Part shown: positions 56,234 to 64,000 of the stretch, in pieces
Numbering within the stretch: the first letter of the stretch is position 1
Layout: each line of letters starts with the position of its first letter
NCBI GenBank assembly: GCA_964016885.1
Contig: OZ024743.1
Coordinates: 306,218,001 to 306,282,000 of the forward strand
DNA from: Eledone cirrhosa
Taxonomy: Eukaryota
DNA length: 64,000 bases
Reading direction: 5' to 3'
Notes under the pieces: model-generated
The model's input: only the letters and a program-made list of their open reading frames with translations
The model's database searches: none
What the model was told of the DNA's origin: nothing
Translations under genes and position numbers: made by a program

Positions 56234-56776
56234 GTTGGCGACTAAACTGGCAACCCCACCAAGGTTTCCTGGCGATGAGGGTGACTTTGGACATCCTGCA
56301 GGACAAAAAACAAAACCTGTCAAAGGGCAAAGGAGCTCTTAAGAGTCAATGGCCATCCAAAATCACCGGGAGAGATGACCCCTTAGCCTTTGTCAAGGCA
56401 GAATTCTAGGAGAAGGAAAACTCTGATATAACACCTGCAACTCTGATGGTATCCAATGATGTTGACTTGTTTTTCTTTTTGGTAAATATCATCTTGGTTA
56501 AGAGAGTGGGACTGGATTTGTGCAGTGCCTTTGCTCACTATAAAAGCTTCACGGCACAGGCATTGCTTTATATCTGGAGATCTCTCTGCACTTGTCGTCA
56601 CATGGTACCATGGGCCCAGCACTATGTATCAATACATGTCACAAGTGTAGTGTTTGTACCAGAGTTTTCAAGTTGCTGGCTGGACTAAAAAGTCACACTC
56701 GTTCAGCGCATCGGTAGGGGTTCTCCTACATGGATATAAAGTAGTGACCGTACTCGAAAACGAGTTGGCAGCCACC
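56234..56776 (+). mobile_element. 543-bp non-autonomous retroelement, copy 2, inside (ATGT)n
   Basis: Starts GTTGGCG, contains CTAGGAGAAGGAAAACTCTGA, ends in a hairpin followed by (ATGT)n. Confidence 0.88.
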
Positions 56777-56855
56777 ATGTATGTATGTATGTATGTATGT
56801 ATGTATGTATGTATGTATGTATGTATGTATGTATGTATGTATGTATGTATGTATG

Positions 56856-56897
<42 letters not shown>

Positions 56898-57170
56898 TAT
56901 GTATGTTCGCTAATATAAATGCTCACCTATATGATACTATGCAGTCGTTCAATGCATGAGACTAACTGGCAACATGCTGTTTAACCGTCCGTTATTCTAT
57001 CTATTCGACTCTTGTAGTGCGTCCGCGTGATTGCATATGCAATGAGCATTTGTATATGCAATTGTTTTAACTGTTATGCATGCATATATATGTTTTATAT
57101 TAGATCAATCATACAATTGTACATATCTGCGACCATGTCGCTCTTTCCTTGATGCAAACAAAACTATATA

Positions 57171-57203
<33 letters not shown>

Positions 57204-57789
57204 GCATATGTATATACAGATCATCGTGCGTGCATACATTTATACATACATGCATGTAAACATCCTTCACATATGCAGCATATTGCCACACATGTCCACT
57301 CTGCCTACATATACATGCTATACTATTTTACATGCTCTAGTACACACATTACCTGGGGTGCAAGATCAGATGTGCACCAATATTTGGTACCTCATTTATT
57401 TAGAGAAATTCCAGATGTTTCGGGTGGATAAGTCAAAGTTTCCAATACAAACCCGGCATTGCAATGACATATACACTTAAATATCTACAGACGGGAGTTC
57501 ATATTAACTTAACACGTAAAGTCTGTGATGCGAGTTTGTGGAATTTACAATACATATTTTTTTTTATTTTTTTTTTAATGTTTAGTAGATAAGGAAAAGC
57601 GGCGAATTAACAGAATTGTTACAGCATTGGATAGAATGATTTGTGGTATTCGTTCTGGCTCCCTGCTTGCTAAGTTCAAGTCTCACTGGGGTCAACTTTG
57701 CCTTTCTTCCTTTCAAGGTCGCTAAAACTATACCAGTCCACTTCAAAGGTCAACTCTTCCTCTATATTTCTTTCTCACTTCTTCTCCAT

Positions 57790-58062
57790 CATTCACTCCT
57801 CCGTTCATTGGAAGAAAACGAGTGTATTCAGACCTGAAGAGTAGATGGGCTTCGCCAAGTTTCAAAATTGCCCGAGAAACGCTGTATGCCAGTCAGTGCG
57901 GCGTCTCTACGACCACACTAGGATTTATAGGTCCTTATAAATTACAAACACTGACAAGGAGGCGTTTCTTTCGCCCCCTTCAATATATATTTGATAAAGG
58001 TGCCTTGATATCAAGCGAAAAAGTGAGTTCTAAGCAGTATTTGGTCAGTCTAGATGTCTAAG
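57790..58062 (+). pseudogene. Possible very degenerate Penelope-type RT fragment
   Basis: Ends in YLVSLDV and lies next to an HHR fold-back; other motifs are barely visible. Confidence 0.25.
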
Positions 58063-58179
58063 TTTCTTGAATGTCCAGCCATTATTGTGAAACAAATGAG
58101 TAATTTCTTTGCGCTTTATACCACATAAAAACAGTGTTCCTTTCGCAACTAAGTTTCGGGTTCAGTCCCACATCGTAGC

Positions 58180-58422
58180 AACCGGGTGGTTGTTTATATA
58201 TTGTCATGTCAAATTTCTTTCATCGCACATTCTGTGACCTACTCAGTGACTGATTTGTTATTGTGTCTTTCCTTTGCTTTGTCCTATACCATATTGTTTT
58301 TGTGGGCTGTATGCAGGACAAAACAAAGGAAAGGCACAAAATAACAAATCAGTCACTGAGGAGGTCACTTAATGTGTGAAGAAAGAGCTTTGACATGAGA
58401 ATATACAAACAAAAATCCGGTT
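58180..58422. mobile_element. Old fold-back insert with paired outward-facing hammerhead motifs
   Basis: Plus 58352-58394 GTCA-CTGAGGA-ggtCACttaatGTGtgaa-GAAA-GAGC-TT-TGAC; minus copy at 58208-58250. Confidence 0.65.
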
Positions 58423-58578
58423 ATTAAACAAACCAACCGGAAATTTATAATAAATAGAAGTGAAAGCCAACAGATGCGTGCGTTTTTATTGGAAGCATGA
58501 CACTCCCAAAGTATAACAATATCTGTTTCAACACATGTTTTCAGATAAGAAATCTTGCAAAACAAATATAAAAACGAA

Positions 58579-58632
<54 letters not shown>

Positions 58633-58718
58633 ATGTGTGGGTGTGTGTGTGTGTGTACAGAAATATATTTGCATATATTTCCGTCCATCAGTGAGTATGT
58701 ATACACTCAAATAATGTA

Positions 58719-58777
<59 letters not shown>

Positions 58778-58922
58778 CGAGCATACAAACATATTCACAT
58801 ACAAATATGTATATTAGAGAAAAAGAGACAGCAATAGATATACATAAATACATATTACATAGATATACACATACAGACATAGTTACATAAAAACATACAG
58901 ACATAAATCCATGCATACACAC

Positions 58923-58986
<64 letters not shown>

Positions 58987-59449
58987 CATATGATTTATAT
59001 TAGTAGCAAGAAGGGGAGAAAACGAATGGACTGCCAGAAAGGTTTCGCTTGTCTCTTCTCGGATGAAACGAGAACAATGGTCACAGAACCAGAATCTCTG
59101 CCAAATCAAAGAATAGCGAAGCGTTCCAACGCAATCGCTTGTAACCATATTTCTTACATCTAAACGCTTCTGGCTAATAATTTTGTAAGATTTTCTCATC
59201 CATGAAGTTGTTTGTACATTTGCCGCACACTTTTACACTATACTTTCATTTCATTTCATTCTCGCCATCTTAACCTCCATAATTTTGTTCTGTCTTTCAG
59301 AAATTCTTTCACTTTTTCACTTTTTCTCTCGACCCTGCTACCCCTTCCCACCCCATTTTTTCTTCTTCTTGTCTTTCTTCCTTCGTCTTCTGCCACGTAT
59401 GTACCTCTCTAGTTTTTGTTGTTGTTTTTATCATGGTTGTTGCCGTTCT

Positions 59450-59497
<48 letters not shown>

Positions 59498-59849
59498 TCC
59501 CTTCTCCCATTGCCCAGTAGATATTGACCGCACACCAGCTTATCAAAAACAGTCTGATAATTCACTGTTTATGTAGTCTACTAGTTTAGCTGATAGAATA
59601 AGAGACGAGAATTCTGACATTTGATTGCTAGGTTCAACCTTTGATCCCTCTCTGTTATGTTATACCCTGTTCGTAGCCAACTTCCAAGAATCACATCACA
59701 AAATGAATCCGTCCAGCTAGCTATAAATATGTAGCACAAGTGAACAGGTGTTATATAGCACCATGTTGCCATACTGTCCTAACTAACAGTGTGAAATAAC
59801 AACGGGTGAGGCACAGCTTCATGTAGCCATCTCTCTATATCAATCAATC

Positions 59850-60027
59850 ATGTTCGGGTGCCAGTCGTTCGGGTGCCAGTGGTTCGAGTGCCAGTTGTTC
59901 GGGTGCCACTCTAGATGTGCTACTGGTGCAGCCAGTCGTTCGGGCACCACTGGTGCAAGCCAGTCGTTCGGGTACCACTTTAGCTGTGCCACTGGTATAG
60001 CCAGTTTTCGGAGTGCCACTCTAGATG
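59850..60027. repeat. Degenerate ~15-bp tandem (CCAGTCGTTCGGGTG)
   Basis: About seven imperfect copies. Confidence 0.75.
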
Positions 60028-60200
60028 CTTTCGCAGTCAGCCGTCGAAACAAGTCTCTATTTTCTGCCATGCGTAGTAGGGCCTCATGTTATGATCAGTC
60101 CAGTCTTTGATATTGTCGGACCAGGATTTTCTTTGTCTGCCACTTCTTCACCCTCCCTCGACTGTATGCTGAATGATGGCTTTAGACAAGGAGTTATGGT
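60025..60200 (-). mobile_element. RTE LINE 3' fragment
   Basis: SKAIIQHTVEGG*RSGRQRKSWSDNIKDWT..LLRMAENRDLFRRL. Confidence 0.75.
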
Positions 60201-60409
60201 GGAATATATGAATGCTTGGCGGCGCCCAACCTCTCTCCAAGCATCAATTCACTCGCTAAGTTTAGCCTGCCAACTGAAGCAGTTTCCGTGGTGTAGCTGA
60301 AAAAGTTTTCAGAGCCAATAGTGAGAGTCAGATGAGAACCAATATAGCTGTCCATCTCCAAGCATGCTACTGCCGGACATCATGGCATTCTCTCTACCTA
60401 ACAACCCTC

Positions 60410-60900
60410 AATCTATTTAACTGTATGAAATAACCATGGGTATGATATAACTTCTTGCTGTAATCAGTTCATCTGTGTGAAATATCCACGGACGAGGCAT
60501 AGTTTGTGACTGTATCTAATTCATCAAACTGTAAAATAACCCTGGGTGTGGTACAGTTTCTTGCTGTAACCAGACCGTAAAATTGTGTAAAATTACCACG
60601 TGTGTAGCATAGCTTCATGTTGCTACCTAGTTCATCCAACTGAATGAAATAACTCTGCGTGTAACATAGATCCTTCTACACACAGACACTGAGTAAAATA
60701 ACCACTGGTGTATTATATGCCCTTGCTGTACCCAATCCACCTAAATGTGTAAAATAACAATGGGTGAAGCATAGTTTGTTGTGCACAGTCAATCTAACTC
60801 TATGAAATAACTAGGATAGTAGTATAGATCCTTGCACTGTCTAATCCATTTACTTGTGTGAAATAACGCTGGGTGTAGTATAGCTCCTTGTAGCAGCCAT
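60410..60900. repeat. Degenerate ~55-60-bp tandem (TGTGAAATAACC..GGGTGT.G.ATAG..TC.TGCTGTA)
   Basis: About eight diverged units; a related unit lies near 59770-59830. Confidence 0.7.
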
Positions 60901-61147
60901 TTATTTTAATTGTAGCTAGTTATCATCACGGGAGAGGTCCTGTTCCCTGTTGTAGCCAGTTTCAACTAAATCAGAGATCCCACAAATATTTTAATATTTT
61001 AGAACATTTTCATGGAATCCTTGAAACTTATTTTATCAGCCCCAGAAGTGGGTGAAAGACATAGCTATTGTCAGTGGGATTCGAACTCAGAAACTAAAAG
61101 CGTTATAAATCCTACCATTAATTAATTCTAATTATATGTGTGTCGTC

Positions 61148-61149
<2 letters not shown>

Positions 61150-61204
<55 letters not shown>

Positions 61205-61720
61205 GTTTAACATTTACTTAGCCTGCAAGCAAGGGTTGGACGGGTCTACATAGATCAAGTCAGTACTAAAGCAGAGCTAGTGACCTCCTAGATAGGCTGG
61301 AAAGTCTCTTACGTCTCATGTTTTCTGAAGTGCTCAGGAGAGATTGTCATGTCTTTGACACAACTGAAGGGTTCTCTCAACCCTTTGTTTGGCAATATTT
61401 CTACAGCTGGATACCCTTCCTATCATCAACCACTTTACAACGTGTACTGGGTGTGTTTATCATGTATATCAACAAACACTAGGAAGGCTGTCATGTCTTT
61501 GACACAACAGAAGTGTCCACCCAACTCTTCGTGTGACCAACTTTCTACAGCTGGATGCCCTTCCTATCACCAACCACTTTACAGCCTGTTCTGGGTGCGT
61601 TTATCGTGTAGATCACCCAACACTAGGGAGGGGATCGTGTTGATACAACTGAAGTGACCTTCCAACTTTGTCATGTCTTTGACGCAATTGAAGGGTCCAT
61701 CCTACCCTTTGTTTGACAAG
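61150..61720 (-). mobile_element. SINE-like element with (TGA)n tail and ~140-bp internal duplications
   Basis: (CAT)n at 61150-61204; repeated TTTCTACAGCTGGAT.CCCTTCCTATCA.CAACCACTTTACA and GTCATGTCTTTGAC.CAA. Confidence 0.5.
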
Positions 61721-62005
61721 CTACAATAACCAGCGACTCATTGAATACATTTCTTCAATTGAGTAAAATAGTTGACGCATTCGCTGCGTAAAAACGAGGG
61801 TCCCAATGGCATGTGTTTCTGTCTGTGTGTGTTAACCCCCCCCCCCCCCCCCACACACACATCTCTTTATCTTTGTTAATAGATGTGTGTATGTGTGTAT
61901 TTGGATATATTTTTCATTGCTTGTGTGTGTATACGAGTGTGATTTTATTATGCATGAGAATGTGTAGTTCGGTGCTTTTCGGTATATATATATATATCTT
62001 TATGC

Positions 62006-62050
<45 letters not shown>

Positions 62051-62539
62051 AGGTATGCATGTGTGTGTATGTGTATATATAAATATGCATATGTGTGTGT
62101 GTGGGTGTGAGCGCGCGCGCATGTGTCCCGACGAAGACAATCACCACTTTCTTCGGATTTTATTCTAACAACGAGATTAACAATAAACACAACCACCACA
62201 ACCACAAAAACAATCGCCACCACCATTACCACTACCGAAACCACCGAAACCATCACAACCACCACCAGTAAAGCAATCAACACCACCATTACCACTACCG
62301 AAACCACCACAAACACCACCATTAAAACGATCACCACGATCATAATCACTACCGAAACTACCACCGCCACCACCACCAACGCTGCCATCGCCACCGCCGC
62401 CTCCGCCACCACCGCCACCACCGCCACCACCGCCACCACCACCACCACTAAAGCTGTAAGACTGGATCCAAATTTGAGCGAAGTTCTGAACGAAATTTCC
62501 CAATCCATCATCAATGGTGACTATAACACACACACAGAG

Positions 62540-62572
<33 letters not shown>

Positions 62573-62598
62573 CATACAGATACATTCACATACACACG

Positions 62599-62632
<34 letters not shown>

Positions 62633-62762
62633 CATACAGATACATTCACATACACACGTACATACATACATACATACATACATACATACATACATACATA
62701 CATACATACATACAGATACATTCACATACACACGTACATACATACATACATACATACATACA

Positions 62763-62796
<34 letters not shown>

Positions 62797-62826
62797 CATA
62801 CAGATACATTCACATACACACGTACA

Positions 62827-62860
<34 letters not shown>

Positions 62861-64000
62861 CAGATACATTCACATACACACGTACACACGTACATACATA
62901 CATACATACATACATACATACATACATACATACATACATACATACACACATACATACATACAGATACATTCACACACACACACACACGTGCATGCGTATA
63001 TACATACATACATACATGCATACATACATACATACATACATACACACACATATACATACATACACACATACAAACACATATATACATGCACATACACTCA
63101 CACACACATACACATACACACACATCTACACACATACGCACACACACATCTACACACACATACACACACACATACATACACGCACACATACACACACACA
63201 TACATACACCAACCACAAAATGAAACTCAGTTAATGCTGTTAATATATGGAACATTCTGGACGTCATAGAACCGTTGGTCACGTGGCTAGAACGTTAAAC
63301 ACACAAACGAGAGTCTGTTTTTTTTTTGTTTTTTTTTTGTTTTGTTTATCTTTTAGCTTTATTTCCTTTTGCCGGTGGTGGAGGGTGGAGGGTGGAAGAA
63401 TAAAACGAGGAATGGATGAAGTAAGGAAGGGGGAGGGGTTTCTATTTCTCTTCCACGTGACCGACCTTCTCTTCTAGCTTGTTGACACTGAATTATTCAT
63501 CTTTAATTAATTAATGTGTTTCATTAGAGACTTCGGCAGACACTGGATTGTAATGTCTTGTATCTGATTGTTAACTACACACAATGATGAACAGAGAGGG
63601 GGAGAAGGGGGAGAGGAAAAAGATGATGATGATGATGAAGAGGATAAAGATGATGATGACCATGATGTTGAAGGGGAAGGAGAAGATGATGGTGGTGGTG
63701 GTGATGATGATGATGATGACGATGACAAAGACGATGATGACGATGACGATGATAACGAAGAAGAAGAAGACAACGACGACGAAGAAGAAGAAGAAGAAGA
63801 AGAAGAAGAAGAAGAAGAAGAAGAAGAAGAAGAAGAAGAGTGCAAGAGAAAGTAGGAGAGAGACAATACGAGTGAGATGAACAAGGGAATGAAGGGAAAG
63901 CGAGGGAAGAGAGAGGAGAGGAGGAGGAGAATGACAGTTAGAAGGGCTACAGAAAGGAGAGCGGGTGAGAGAGAGAGAGATGAGCAAGAAAAATAATAGA

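Noticed and set aside
48446-56776. 543-bp inverted pair as TIRs of an 8.3-kb DNA transposon
   Set aside because: No transposase inside, the interior is unrelated retroelements, and each copy has its own microsatellite tail.
62123-62520. Thr/Ala-rich mucin-like ORF start
   Set aside because: (ACC)n-derived low complexity running into ACAT repeats; no splice or domain evidence.
63568-63855. Acidic D/E-rich ORF
   Set aside because: (GAT)n/(GAA)n microsatellite.

Overview
This is repeat-dense eukaryotic (animal) DNA, most likely a cephalopod/octopus intron or intergenic region. That assignment is inferred from the SINE families and the extreme (TA)n/(ACAT)n/(CA)n microsatellite load. No host gene is recognisable, and almost all ORF-track entries are microsatellite artefacts. 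Real coding sequence is all retroelement-derived: a 5'-truncated Penelope-like element (RT + GIY-YIG, 45668-47524), four R4/Dong-like RLE LINE copies tied to (ACAT)n tracts, a HERO-like RLE fragment and three RTE 3' fragments. There are also many tRNA-type SINEs and a 32-bp satellite. The main hidden signal is RNA structure. More than a dozen hammerhead-ribozyme (HHR) motifs of different sequence sit in short inserts within (TA)n tracts. They include an apparently identical 463-bp tandem array with one canonical HHR per unit (retrozyme-like, 40314-41992). There is also a recurring head-to-head fold-back architecture whose inversion points often fall in or beside the ribozyme. All folds were read by eye; none were computed or tested.
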